Assembly: GCA_963755715.1 (NCBI GenBank)
Contig: CAVWLW010000038.1
Coordinates: forward strand, 1 to 64,000
From: an uncultured delta proteobacterium
GTDB taxonomy: Bacteria; Desulfobacterota; Binatia; UBA9968
DNA length: 64,000 bases
Reading direction: 5' to 3'
In this document: positions 43,768 to 55,303 of the stretch, in pieces
Layout: the number at the start of each line of letters is the position of its first letter
How positions within the stretch are numbered: position 1 is the stretch's first letter
Position numbers and translations under genes: made by a program
The notes under the pieces: model-generated
Seen by the model: only the letters and a program-made list of their open reading frames with translations
Databases searched by the model: none
What the model was told of the DNA's origin: nothing

Positions 43768-45785
43768 TCGTCCTCCCCGCCCGTCAAAGGAAAAATCGCC
43801 CGAAAGAGCGCGTAGTCCTGCGCTTGAATGCGCGGATCGTCGACTCGCACGCGCGGTTCGGGATCCTTCACCCAACCGAAAAAGACCGCCGCGCCGCCCG
43901 CCCAGCGGCTATCGCCGTCGCGCGGGAACATCGACGAGTGAAACAGCACGTCGCGGGTCTTGTCGGGAAAAGTGACCTCGCGGAAGCTTACCGCGTCGAT
44001 CCGGTTAGCGCCGGTGTCGTCGCGTGGTTTGGCGCTCGCCAGCGGAAAGCTCTTGCGCCAGCTTGCGCCGCGCGGAATCGCGCCTAAATCGAAGCGCTGC
44101 CCGGGCAGAAGCAGCCAACAATTGGCCAGATCTTTGGCGCTGCGATTTTCCACCTTCATGAGCAATTGATCACCCTGAGTCTCGAACTCGGCACGCAGTG
44201 GAAACCGATCGATGCGGCGCATGCGAAAAAGCCGATAGTCCCATTCGCGCAGCGGCAACTGGAATCGGCTCGCGCCGGCGCCATCCTGCACGACCACGGC
44301 TTGCTCCGTCGAATCGCGAGGCCGTATCGAGACCGGCGTCAGATCGAGCCAGCCGCGCTCCATTTCTAAATCGTATTGGCGCAGCTGGGTAGAAAACAAC
44401 GCGAGATTCGCCTGGGCGTCGACAAAACCGTCGCCGCTGCTTTCAAGCACAGTGGAGCTTAAGAGCACGCCATCAGGGACATGCCCCCCCCGGCTGAAAT
44501 GGAAGTAGCCGCCTAACATGCCGACGACGACGATCGTCGCGAAGACAATCAATAATCGGCGCGCCGGGAAGCGCTGGCGTTGCCAAAACCACGTGATCAC
44601 GCCAATCGCAATGAGATAGCTCAGCATGGCGAGCAATAACGACCCCGACGGCACATAGGTCGCGATAAACGAGGGGCTGGCGATCAACTGGTTAAAAACC
44701 GCGTCGTTCCATTCCGTGCGCGGCGCCGGATCCTCGCCGCCGCGCGGCGCGATCAAGCTTTGTAAAAATCGCGGCAGACCCTCCCACTGGGAAAGCGGCG
44801 GCCGGCCCACGTCGAGCGCCAGATAAACGATCCGGCCGCGCCCACGGCTTGCTTCGACCAACAGCGGGAGACCGGCGCTTTCGGTGAGCGCGTTGCCGCT
44901 CACGATAGTCGAAGTCTGCGCCCAGGCGCCGGCTATCGACACCGGTCGTTCGCCTTTGACGGCGCTCGGCACAAAGGTGATTTGCTTCGCGCCGGTGACG
45001 CGCACGGGTAAAAAGCGGCTAAGCGCCGGCTCCTGATAAAGCGCGTAGTTCAAACTGCCAAAAACGATCATCTTGCCGCCCGCCGTGAGCCAGGCGTCGA
45101 GCGCCAGCAACTGAGAACGGGACAACTCGCGCAGCGATTGATCGTAAATAATCAGATGGGAAACACCGAGCAGGGCGCGCGAATCCGCCGCCAATTGGGC
45201 GGGTGCGAGCGACACCAACCGGCTTTGTGGCGAAGCCGTCAAGGCGAGCGGCGGCAGCGCGCCGCTTTCGCTCATGAACAGCAGCACCGGTGCGGGTGAA
45301 AAATAACGGCGCAGATCGAGTTCTTGCGAAGCATTCACCTCGGCGCTGGAAAAAGCGATCGTGACCGGCCGGCTGATAAAATCCGGATCCACCGTGAGCT
45401 GCACGGTTTTGCGCGTCTGCGCGCCGAGAAAAATGTCGCGTTGGTATTTGACCAGATAGGGCGCGCCGCCTTTGGTCGCGCCGCCCTTCCAGACCCGAAC
45501 TTCGAGAGTACCTTCAGCGGGACGGCCGGTGTTGCTGAGCTCGATTTCCAATGGAAACGGCCGGCCGAGTTGAAACACACCGTGGAAACCGACGCGCGGC
45601 TCGATCATGACCGCGGCGCGCGCCGCCGGCACCGCAAGCAAGTAAAGAAGTAAGAAGAAAAACCCAGCCACGCTTGGTCGGCCCAGGCGGTGGTAAGAAT
45701 TTGGCGGGAGAACTTTCAAGCGCAGCGGGCTTGGTCGCCGCGACGGATAACGCTTGAGAGCAGCCTCTTGGGCTGAAAAGGACAT
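43764..45785 (-). CDS. Hypothetical membrane protein with class I GATase-like domain
   Basis: Signal/TM segment, LDAWLTAGGKMIV..LPV..GRGRIV pattern, two central TM helices. Confidence 0.75.
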   Translation of the reverse strand: MSFSAQEAALKRYPSRRPSPLRLKVLPPNSYHRLGRPSVAGFFFLLLYLLAVPAARAAVMIEPRVGFHGVFQLGRPFPLEIELSNTGRPAEGTLEVRVWKGGATKGGAPYLVKYQRDIFLGAQTRKTVQLTVDPDFISRPVTIAFSSAEVNASQELDLRRYFSPAPVLLFMSESGALPPLALTASPQSRLVSLAPAQLAADSRALLGVSHLIIYDQSLRELSRSQLLALDAWLTAGGKMIVFGSLNYALYQEPALSRFLPVRVTGAKQITFVPSAVKGERPVSIAGAWAQTSTIVSGNALTESAGLPLLVEASRGRGRIVYLALDVGRPPLSQWEGLPRFLQSLIAPRGGEDPAPRTEWNDAVFNQLIASPSFIATYVPSGSLLLAMLSYLIAIGVITWFWQRQRFPARRLLIVFATIVVVGMLGGYFHFSRGGHVPDGVLLSSTVLESSGDGFVDAQANLALFSTQLRQYDLEMERGWLDLTPVSIRPRDSTEQAVVVQDGAGASRFQLPLREWDYRLFRMRRIDRFPLRAEFETQGDQLLMKVENRSAKDLANCWLLLPGQRFDLGAIPRGASWRKSFPLASAKPRDDTGANRIDAVSFREVTFPDKTRDVLFHSSMFPRDGDSRWAGGAAVFFGWVKDPEPRVRVDDPRIQAQDYALFRAIFPLTGGEDE

Positions 45786-45826
45786 GGTTCCTTTCCAGAT
45801 AGGCCCGCCCCACCGGTAGCCGTGAT

Positions 45827-46309
45827 CTAATCTGTATATTCCACGCTGAGAATATCAAACGTACGAACGCCCGTGGGGGTGTGGACCTGAACTTCGTCTC
45901 CTTCGCTCTTTCCGATCAAGGCACGAGCGATAGGAGAGCTAATGGAAATTTTTCCGTTCTTCGGTTCCGCCTCATGATCGCCGACGATTTGGTATATCAC
46001 CTTGTCGCCCGTATCACCATCGGCGAGGGAAACCGTGGCGCCGAAGACCACTTTATCACCCGAGAGCTTGGAGATGTCGATCACCTGCGCTCGCGCAACC
46101 TTGTCCTCGATCTCGCGGATCTGCAGGTCGAGCAACGATTGACGTTCCTTTGCCGCGTGAAATTCGGCATTCTCCGAAAGATCGCCGTGATCGCGCGCCT
46201 CTTCGATATCACGAATGTTTTTTGGCCGCTCAACGTTTTTTAAACGTTTCAGCTCATCCACCAGGAATTGGAAGCCTTTCCCCGTCATGGGGACGCTTGC
46301 GTCTGCCAT
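45827..46309 (-). CDS. greA: Transcription elongation factor GreA
   Basis: ARDHGDLSENAEFHAAKE, ISISSPIARALIGK. Confidence 0.97.
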   Translation of the reverse strand: MADASVPMTGKGFQFLVDELKRLKNVERPKNIRDIEEARDHGDLSENAEFHAAKERQSLLDLQIREIEDKVARAQVIDISKLSGDKVVFGATVSLADGDTGDKVIYQIVGDHEAEPKNGKISISSPIARALIGKSEGDEVQVHTPTGVRTFDILSVEYTD

Positions 46310-46327
46310 ATTCTCGACTCCTCGACA

Positions 46328-46362
46328 AAATAAAAACCCCTCGGGATCGCTCCCGAGAGGCC
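46328..46362 (-). terminator. Terminator-like hairpin immediately upstream of greA
   Basis: Minus strand CCTCTCGGGAGCGATCCCGAGGGG followed by TTTTTATTTT. Confidence 0.7.
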
Positions 46363-46469
46363 TTCAAAAATCTACGGTATTTATCTCGTTGCTAAATGTG
46401 AAACTATACTAGCATTGCCACCGTCTATTTCAACAGCAAAAAGCCGGTCAGACCCTCGGTCAACAAATG

Positions 46470-47448
46470 CTAGGCGCGCTTGATCGGCCCGAAAACATGG
46501 CAGGACACGCCATGGCGATCAGCGTCAAAATCCAATGGCGGCTCGGTTTGGCTGCAGAGCGCTTCCCGATAGGAGCAGCGCGGGTGAAAGGTGCAGCCCG
46601 GCGGCGGGTTGACCGGACTGGGCACGTCGCCTTCGAGCACGATGCGTTCTTTCTTGCGCGCGGTGTCGGGCATCGGCACAGCGGACAACAGTGCGCGTGT
46701 ATACGGATGTTTGGCGTCGCGGTAAATCGTCTCGGCATTGGCGATCTCGACGACCTTGCCCAGATACATGATCGCCACCCGATGGCTGATATGCTCGACC
46801 ACGCGCAGATCGTGCGAGATGAACAAATAGGTCAGGTGCATGCGCTCTTGCAGCTCCTGCAACAAATTGATGATCTGCGCCTGGATCGACACGTCGAGCG
46901 ACGACACCGGTTCGTCGCACACGATGAACTTGGGACTGACGGCGAGCGCCCGGGCGATGCCAATGCGCTGGCGCTGCCCGCCGCTGAACTCATGCGGATA
47001 ACGGTGGTAATGGTCCTCGCGCAAACCGACTTGTTGCAGCAGCTCCATCACCCGCTCTCGTTTGGCTTTGCCCTTGGCAAGCTTGTGAATTTCCAATCCT
47101 TCGCCGACGATGTCGCCGACGCGCATGCGCGGATTCAGCGAAGCGTAGGGATCTTGAAAAATAATCTGCATTTCGCGGCGCATGTCGCGCAGCTCGCGCC
47201 CCGGCAGCGTCAGGAGATTCTTGCCGTGGAAGATCACTTCGCCGCTGGTCGGCTCGATCAGCCTGAGAATCGTTCGACCCAAAGTAGATTTGCCGCAACC
47301 TGACTCGCCGACCAAGCCTAAAGTTTCGCCTTCGTTGACGGTCAAGTTAACGCCGTCGACGGCTTTGACGCTGCCCTTGTTGCGCGAGAATAACCCGTCG
47401 CCCAACGGGAAAGTGCTTTTTTAAATCGCGGATTTCTAGCAGGCTCAT
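46470..47448 (-). CDS. Dipeptide/oligopeptide ABC ATPase (DppF/OppF-like), +1 frameshift near 47402
   Basis: [16 protein letters not shown] joins [35 protein letters not shown] if one G is removed. Confidence 0.88.
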
Positions 47449-47477
47449 AGCAAAAAGCTTAATGTCGGAATTAGCTT

Positions 47478-47506
47478 GAAAATCGAAAAATGCGATCTGC
47501 TATTCC

Positions 47507-47529
<23 letters not shown>
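47478..47529. repeat. Degenerate heptamer array remnant at the dppD/dppF junction
   Basis: gaaaatc-gaaaaat and attcctc-aagcttc-gatcctc-ggttttt; contains the dppD stop codon. Confidence 0.4.
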
Positions 47530-48511
<982 letters not shown>

Positions 48512-48720
48512 GATTGGAACGGCGTTGTGCAATGCTCTTCGGTGGTTCGGCCTCCACGGGCTCGGCTCAACCGCGCCTCGACAATATCGCGGATAGCATC
48601 TCCAATAGCATTAAATCCAAGCACTGCCAACATGGTGCGACAATCGCCAAGACGTGCCGCTCCTCTATCAAGGGAGAAAATATATCGCGCTTGAAGTTAG
48701 TGCCAACGTGGAATAAACGA

Positions 48721-48786
48721 CGGTTCGATAGAGCTTCAACAAAACCGATTCGAACGGCTAAAACTTCTTGAACCGCTTGAACGACT
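48721..48786. repeat. Degenerate 9-mer array remnant
   Basis: gaacggcta-aaacttctt-gaaccgctt-gaacgact, with a weak inverted arm cggttcgatagagcttcaac. Confidence 0.5.
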
Positions 48787-48801
48787 CCGAAGGAGGCGCC
48801 C

Positions 48802-49897
48802 ATGGGCCGAGATAAAAAATTTAGATGAAATCAAAACGATGATTCGCGAGCGCGTCGGCAAACGTAATACTTTTCGCCACGCCAAAAGGGAAGATGTCGA
48901 GTCGGTTCTCGCGAACTTGACGAGCAAAGATCCGGAGCTCTGGGCCAAGGAATGGTCGCGCGTCGCCAAGCCCTACGAAGAAGCGGGCGTGAAGCTGGAG
49001 CAAGCCGGCAAGTTCAAAGAAGCCCGGGAAGCTTATGTGCAAGCCTATGCTTACTATGCCACCGGTCGCTACCCGACGCCGCATACGCCGGGAAAGATGG
49101 CATGCTATCGAAAGAGCCTCGAAGTGTACGAGAAGGCCGGCAAATACTTCGAGCCGCCGTTGGAGCGGCTCGATATTCCTTTCGGAGATAAGAAAATTCC
49201 GATCTACGTGCGCGTGCCGCATGACGGGCAAAAACACGCAATCGTAATCAACTTCGGCGGCATCGATTCATTCAAAGCGGAGAGTTACGAATACGATGAG
49301 GGTTTGCAGAAAGCAGGCATGGCCAGTTGCTCCATGGACATGCCGGGCGTCGGCGAGTGTCCCATCAAAGCCTCGCCGACCGCGGAGTCAGTCTTTACCG
49401 CCGTGATCGATTATTTGGAGAAGCGCCCCGATATCGATGCTAAACGTATCGCCATCATGGGCCGGAGCTTCGGCGGCTACTGGGCGGCGAAGATGGCCTA
49501 CGTCGAACCCAAGCGCCTGCGCGCGTCGATCGTCTGGGGCGGCGGCGTGCATTATTTTTTTCAGGAAGACTGGCTGCGCGAGTCGACCAACGCCGATAGT
49601 TATCTCATGGATCACGACATCGCGCGCTGCCGGCTCTTCGGCGTCAACAGCATTGACGAGCTGATGAAACCTTGGTCGGCGCTCTCGCTCAAAGATCAGG
49701 GCTGGCTGGATAAACCGTCCTGTCCCATGCTGATCGTCAACGGCAAAAACGATCTACAAACTCCGATCGCCGATCTTTATATCTTGCTCGAATACGGCAC
49801 GCCGAAATCGGCGCGCGTTTTCCCCGGCGGTCACATGGGCCAAACCCCGCAGACCTTTCCGACGATCGTGGATTGGTTAAAAAACGAATTGTCGTAA
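48802..49897 (+). CDS. Alpha/beta hydrolase (FrsA / 2,6-dihydroxypseudooxynicotine hydrolase-like); extra G just after the start codon
   Basis: AGGAGG RBS then ATG-G-GCC, giving MAEIKNLDEIK when corrected; nucleophile GRSFGG, D in GKNDLQ, H in GGHMG. Confidence 0.85.
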
Positions 49898-49970
49898 GCC
49901 CTCTGCGACATCGTCGCAAACGACGCTCGGTGACCGACGAGATGCCGAAATCTGTATAGACTTCGCAAAT

Positions 49971-51486
49971 TCAATCTCCTCCGATCATCTCACTGACCAT
50001 AATCGGTTTAGCATCGGGCATATAACCGAAGCACTTCACGACATAAAAATGACCAATGACCCTTCCACCTTTCATAACCGGGAGCTGTTTTATATTTTCA
50101 TCCACGCGAACAAAGTATTTCCGTAGCGATTCCAGCTCGGGCGGATTGCCGTCCACCGCGAGCGCGTTGAAACCAACGAGATCGATTTTTGGCGTCCAGT
50201 ATTCGAAGGCCAACGCGTTTTTGCCGACGAGGTTGCGCGAGAAAACGTCGCGGCTGTCATCGCTATAAAACGAAAGAGCGGCGGCGATGTAGTGACTATC
50301 CAAACCCAGAAGGAACACCTTTTTCCCACCGGCGACCTCAAACGCTCGTGCTTCCTGGCCGACCGCCTCTCCCAACTCCTTCCAACCGGTCGTAAAACTG
50401 TGCGTGGGAATTCCCGGTATCGTTAGGGTTAAGTGATAAACCACAACCACATACAGAACTGGCAAAGCGTAAAAAAAAGAGCGCAAGAAATACCTGACCA
50501 CGCGCAGCTTGCGAGCGCCGCTGTTGAAACGAAAATAGCGGTAACAGGGATAAGCGGCGACGAGCAGAGATAGATACCCGGGCAGCGTCCAGTTGGCCTT
50601 GACTCCGGAACGAATGCTGAAAAGCAGCATGAAGGCGAGGATCGGGATCGAGAAAAGAAAACAAAACCGCCATCGGAGGCGCCAGTCGCTCAAAGCGTAC
50701 GACACAGGAAGCGCCGGGATCATGAGTAAACCTGCCAGAAGAATGGGCGAAGTCACGCCGAGCTGCATGAGCAAAAATTCTCCCAAGCTTTTGAGTGGGT
50801 GGCTAGGCGCGCGAGTCAATCGATCGCTCACTTGGAAGCCGAAAGGAGGCCCAGTCGTGCTCGACGTTCCAAAGAATCACCGGAGTGAAGAACAGCGCCG
50901 CGATAAGTAGAGCTAGGTAGGGCTCTTTTCTCGTGAGCCACCGGCGGTAACAGCGGTCTAAGATAAGCCATAGCAGTGTCGACGGAACTAAAAAAATCGC
51001 CGTGTATTTGGACAGCAGGCAAAGCCCGAGCGCAGCCCCGGCCAAGTACCACGCCCATTTTTTTTCCTCGCGCACGGCCAGCGAAACCAGGTAGAGCGTC
51101 AGCAGCCAGAAAAAAATCAGCGGCACGTCGGGCGTGATCAGTAAACCATAAACGAAATAGAGCGGTATCAACTGGAAAAGCAGCGCCGCCCAGAGCCCCG
51201 CTCTGCGGTTAAACCAAAACCTGCCCAGCGTATAGAGAAGCCAAGTTGAAAGAAGAGTTAATAAAAGTCCGCCGAGCCGGACGCCGAGCGCGTTCTTACC
51301 CAGGAAAAATTGACCCGCGCTGATGACCCACGCGATCATCGGCGGATGATCGAAATAGCTCAGCGCCGGATGCTCGGCGTAATTCCAGTAGTAAGTCTCT
51401 TGGGGCGCGAGGTCGATTAGAAAAGCGGCAAGAAATCGCAAGCAAAAAAGCAGGGCTGTTGCCCGTATAAGACGCTGATCCGACAT
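49971..51486 (-). CDS. ArnT/PMT-like GT-C glycosyltransferase (GT39/83), +1 frameshift near 50843
   Basis: ETYYW, YFDHPPM, ITPDVP, LSKYT, PVILWN..W.SF; continues in the next frame. Confidence 0.85.
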
Positions 51487-51498
51487 GCGAGTGGCGTC

Positions 51499-52779
51499 CT
51501 ACGAGCTCGCTCGTAGACGACCGACTCGATCCTCGCGGTTCGCCAAAGCCTGCGCATTGAATCTCGCCTCGTAGACTTCGCAGACCTTGTCGAAGACGGC
51601 GTCGACTTCGATGCGCTGCATGCACAAGTTGTTCTGACAGAAAGACTGCTTTTGATTCAACGCGCTGACGCAAGGACTGCAAGCGAGCCCCTCCCAGAAC
51701 ACGTGACTCCTCGGCGTGCGCGCCCGATAAAGCTCGGGTGTTTCCGGCCCAAAGAGCGTAACCACGTCGATCGGCGTCAGCGCAGCAAAATGAGCCGGGC
51801 CGCTGTCGTTCGTGACCAGCACGTCGGCCAGGCCGAAGATCACCAAGAGTTGCCTAAGCGTGGTCCGGCCGGCCAAACTAAAACAGCGCTCTGATGCTAT
51901 CTCTTGCACCAAAGCAGCCGCATTTTCCGCTTCGGACGGCTGTCCTGTCAGCGCCACATGCAAGCGCGGATAACGCGCCGTGAGCCGCCGCGCCAGCTCA
52001 ACATAGCTTTTAGTCGGCCAGCGCCGGAGCGGCAGCAGATCGCTGCAATTGGGATTCAGCAAGATGAGCGACAGCGGCGTTTCGACCCGCGCCGCTTTGC
52101 GGAGCAGGGCTTGAGCTTCAACCACTTCTGCTCGAGTCGGCTCAAAAATTGGCGGCGGATCCTCGGCCAAAGCCGGTTTCATATCCAAAGGTGTCAAATC
52201 AGTCGGCGCAAAAGTCAGCGCCTCGACCATCAAGCGAAAAGTCTCAGCGGTATGCAGATAAGGATTGTAACGCAATCGATGGGTCATCAGATTGCCGCGG
52301 TACGGTCCCTCGCCTCCCGTAGAGTGAAACCCAACTCGATAATCGCTACCGGTGAGAAAGCTGATCGCGGCCGAAAAGCGCGCAAAAAACTCGCAATCGA
52401 TGACCGCATTGATGCGCCGTTTATGCAAGGACCGGATAGCTCGGACCGTGTCGCGAGCTGCTGTGAATAGATTGTCGTGGCGGATGGCCAACACGTTTTC
52501 TCTCGGCAGGAGCGCCATCACGTCGAGGATGAAGCGATTCTCCTCGAACACCAGAAAATAGACATTGTTCCGCCCAACCAGGTCGACGGCGCGGCGAATC
52601 GCGGCACACGCCAACACCGTCGAACCCTGCTCCGCTAATTTGACAAACAGGATAGCGCGCAGCCGCGGCACATGCGGGTGCTTGCCGAGGTCGATCAATC
52701 GGCGCACGCCCGTCAGGACAAAACAAACGGGAATCCCGATCCAACGATCAATCCAACGGATGGCGTTTACGCTTGTCAT
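51499..52779 (-). CDS. Glycosyltransferase family 9 (heptosyltransferase-like)
   Basis: RRWP, VTNDSGPAHFAA, LFGPETP, CSPC..CM. Confidence 0.9.
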   Translation of the reverse strand: MTSVNAIRWIDRWIGIPVCFVLTGVRRLIDLGKHPHVPRLRAILFVKLAEQGSTVLACAAIRRAVDLVGRNNVYFLVFEENRFILDVMALLPRENVLAIRHDNLFTAARDTVRAIRSLHKRRINAVIDCEFFARFSAAISFLTGSDYRVGFHSTGGEGPYRGNLMTHRLRYNPYLHTAETFRLMVEALTFAPTDLTPLDMKPALAEDPPPIFEPTRAEVVEAQALLRKAARVETPLSLILLNPNCSDLLPLRRWPTKSYVELARRLTARYPRLHVALTGQPSEAENAAALVQEIASERCFSLAGRTTLRQLLVIFGLADVLVTNDSGPAHFAALTPIDVVTLFGPETPELYRARTPRSHVFWEGLACSPCVSALNQKQSFCQNNLCMQRIEVDAVFDKVCEVYEARFNAQALANREDRVGRLRASS

Positions 52780-52859
52780 AAGTTCCGACTCCACCAACTT
52801 TATCCTTAGGCTGCGCGTAGAGCAATACACCCATCAAAAAGGTCGCGGCGCAATTTGAT

Positions 52860-52885
52860 GTAGGGGCAGACCTGGGTGTCTGCCC
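52860..52885 (+). repeat. GTAG-type REP element
   Basis: GTAG-GGGCAGAC-ctgggt-GTCTGCCC hairpin. Confidence 0.75.
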
Positions 52886-52950
52886 TCGGCAATTTTTTCA
52901 TGCCGATTCGCAATCGACTTCGACATCGGCTAAAATTTTTAGGATCGGCG

Positions 52951-54204
52951 ATGCGATTATTTTTGAAACTGTTTGTTCCGCTGTTCTTCGCGCTCCCGCT
53001 CGCCCTAGCCGGAGCGATTTACCTCGTTGTCGATAGCCAACCGAGCCTTAATCGCGCCGCCGAAATTACGCCTTGGAATATCGAAAGGGCCAAGCGCATT
53101 CTCGATCAGAATGATCCACGCAAATTGACACCCGGTGCGCGCCGGACCATCACTGTGGACCAAGCCGATATCGACCTGGCGGCCAACTATCTAGCACGCC
53201 AGTACTTCGCGGGAGGCGCGCGCGTACAATTGAAGCGGCATTCCGTGCATATCGGCGCGAGCCTGAGGGCGCCGATGATTCCCTTGCCTATTTATTTAAA
53301 TCTGGACTCGGTGTTGTCGGAAGATGGCGCCTTGCCGAAACTGGAGACACTGCGGTTAGGTCAAATATCCCTACCGCCGTGGCTGGCCTATTGGATCATT
53401 CCACGACTTTTTGCTTACGCGTTCAACGACGCAGATATTCGTTCTTTTCAGAATGTCATCAAGAAGGTGGCGATCCAGGATAGACGGATCGCGTTGACCT
53501 ATGAATGGCAAGCCGACCTGCCGAATAAATTGCGCACGGCCTTGCTGCCGGCGGAAGAGCGGGCGCGCCTGCGGGCTTATCAAGAACGCCTCGCTTCGGT
53601 AAGCCATTCACTGAAGGCGAAGGATATTTCACTGACAGAGTTGCTCGCGCCTCTCTTTATGCTCGCCGCGGACCGTTCGACCGATGGCGATGCCGTTGCG
53701 GAGAACCGCGCCGCGATATTTCTGCTCACCCTCTACGTCAATGGACAAAGCTTGGAGACGATTTTACCCGACGCGAAAAGCTGGCCGCAGCCCGAGATGC
53801 GTCGTGCACTGCTCAACCGCCGCGACGACTTTCCCAAGCATTTCATCATCTCGGCAGCCCTAGCCGCTAGAGCCGGCGGGCCCCTCGCCGACGCCGTCGG
53901 TGTTTACAAGGAAATCGAGGACTCCCGTGGCGGCAGCGGCTTTTCGTTCAACGACATTGCCGCCGATCGTGCCGGCACGCGCTTCGGCGAATATGCCGCA
54001 GATCCCGCTTCTGCCCGGCGTTTGCAGCAACGCATGCGCGCCAGGATCGAGGAAAAAGACCTGATGCCCGCGACCGAAGATCTGCCGGAATTTATGCCTG
54101 AGCGAGAATTCCAGCGGCGCTTCGGCGGAGTTGACGCGCCGCCGTACAAAAAAATGATGACCGATATCGAGCGCCGGGTCGCTGCCTTGTCGCTCTACCG
54201 TTGA
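52951..54204 (+). CDS. Hypothetical membrane-anchored protein with C-terminal YfiM-like motif
   Basis: N-terminal TM; D..KHF.ISA...G.YKE..D...GSGFSFNDIAAD.AG. Confidence 0.7.
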   Translation: MRLFLKLFVPLFFALPLALAGAIYLVVDSQPSLNRAAEITPWNIERAKRILDQNDPRKLTPGARRTITVDQADIDLAANYLARQYFAGGARVQLKRHSVHIGASLRAPMIPLPIYLNLDSVLSEDGALPKLETLRLGQISLPPWLAYWIIPRLFAYAFNDADIRSFQNVIKKVAIQDRRIALTYEWQADLPNKLRTALLPAEERARLRAYQERLASVSHSLKAKDISLTELLAPLFMLAADRSTDGDAVAENRAAIFLLTLYVNGQSLETILPDAKSWPQPEMRRALLNRRDDFPKHFIISAALAARAGGPLADAVGVYKEIEDSRGGSGFSFNDIAADRAGTRFGEYAADPASARRLQQRMRARIEEKDLMPATEDLPEFMPEREFQRRFGGVDAPPYKKMMTDIERRVAALSLYR

Positions 54205-54438
54205 TGCTTTATCGGCGCTCAGAAGATTACTGCCTCGGACCAAGCCGGCAAGGAGAATGGAATCTTTTCCTTGGACAATTCGGCGAGGATGTTGAAGCCT
54301 TCTGCTTGAGCCTCGAGCACGGTCCTATCGATCCGCGCTCAACACAGCGGACGAATCCCCATATTGCAGCGATGAACGACATGACCAATTTGTGCATCGC
54401 TCGCGTGCGGCCTAAAAGATTGAACGAATTCGTTCAAG

Positions 54439-55215
54439 CTATTTCTGAAACTGCTCTTTGGGAAAATTCGCCGTCGCCATCACGCCGCCGTCGACCACCA
54501 AGGGATGACCGTAAATGAAATCGGAATCGTCGCTGACCAGAAACAACGCGGCTTTCGCTTGGTCATCCGCGGTGCCCAAACGGCCCGCGAGATTTTCAAA
54601 GGTGCGACTGCCGGCCACGTCGTCGTCGAAACCCACCGGCGAGCCCGAACGGTTCGGCACGACGCAGTTGACGCGGATCTTGTACGGCGCGAGCTGGACC
54701 GCGAGGGCGCGCGTCATGTTGATGACGCCGGCCTTGGCCGCAGCATAGGCGATGCCGTCGAAGCGCCCGATCATGCCCGAGGTCGAACCAAAATTTACGA
54801 TCTTTCCGCCGCGCCCTTGTTGGCGCATTTGCTCCGCGACATACTTGGTGACGAGGTACGGGCCTTTGAGGCTGACCGCGATGACTTTGTCGAATTCCTC
54901 CTCGGTGCTGTCGAAAATATTCGCGTGATCGGTCAGCGCTGCATTGTTGACGAGAATGTCGATGGCGCCGAATTTCGCGACGACCTTTTTGACCATCTCA
55001 CGCACATCGCTCGATTTGGCAACATCGCCAAGAACCACCATCGCATCCTGGCCCGATTTGTTGATTTCATCGACGACCGCCTGCCCGCGCCCTTCATGCA
55101 TTTCCGCTACAGCAATCTTTGCGCCTTCCGAAGCAAACAGTTTGGCCATCGCCTTGCCGATGTTTCTTCCCGCGCCGGTGATCATCGCAACTTGTCCTTT
55201 GAGTTTCATTGCCAC
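54439..55215 (-). CDS. Short-chain dehydrogenase/reductase
   Basis: TGAGRNIG, NNA, YAAAK, VVDGG. Confidence 0.92.
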   Translation of the reverse strand: MAMKLKGQVAMITGAGRNIGKAMAKLFASEGAKIAVAEMHEGRGQAVVDEINKSGQDAMVVLGDVAKSSDVREMVKKVVAKFGAIDILVNNAALTDHANIFDSTEEEFDKVIAVSLKGPYLVTKYVAEQMRQQGRGGKIVNFGSTSGMIGRFDGIAYAAAKAGVINMTRALAVQLAPYKIRVNCVVPNRSGSPVGFDDDVAGSRTFENLAGRLGTADDQAKAALFLVSDDSDFIYGHPLVVDGGVMATANFPKEQFQK

Positions 55216-55303
55216 AATTCCTTTCCTTGAATCGTTTTTCGTAGAACCTCTGGAGTAGCTGCTGGCGCAGGTTGGCCCCGCTTGTGCGCTGGGATCATCT
55301 CGC

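Noticed and set aside
54201-54518. 105 aa plus-strand ORF and the palindrome ttgaacgaattcgttcaa
   Set aside because: No recognisable motif and it overlaps the SDR 3' end; the palindrome is most simply a terminator between convergent genes
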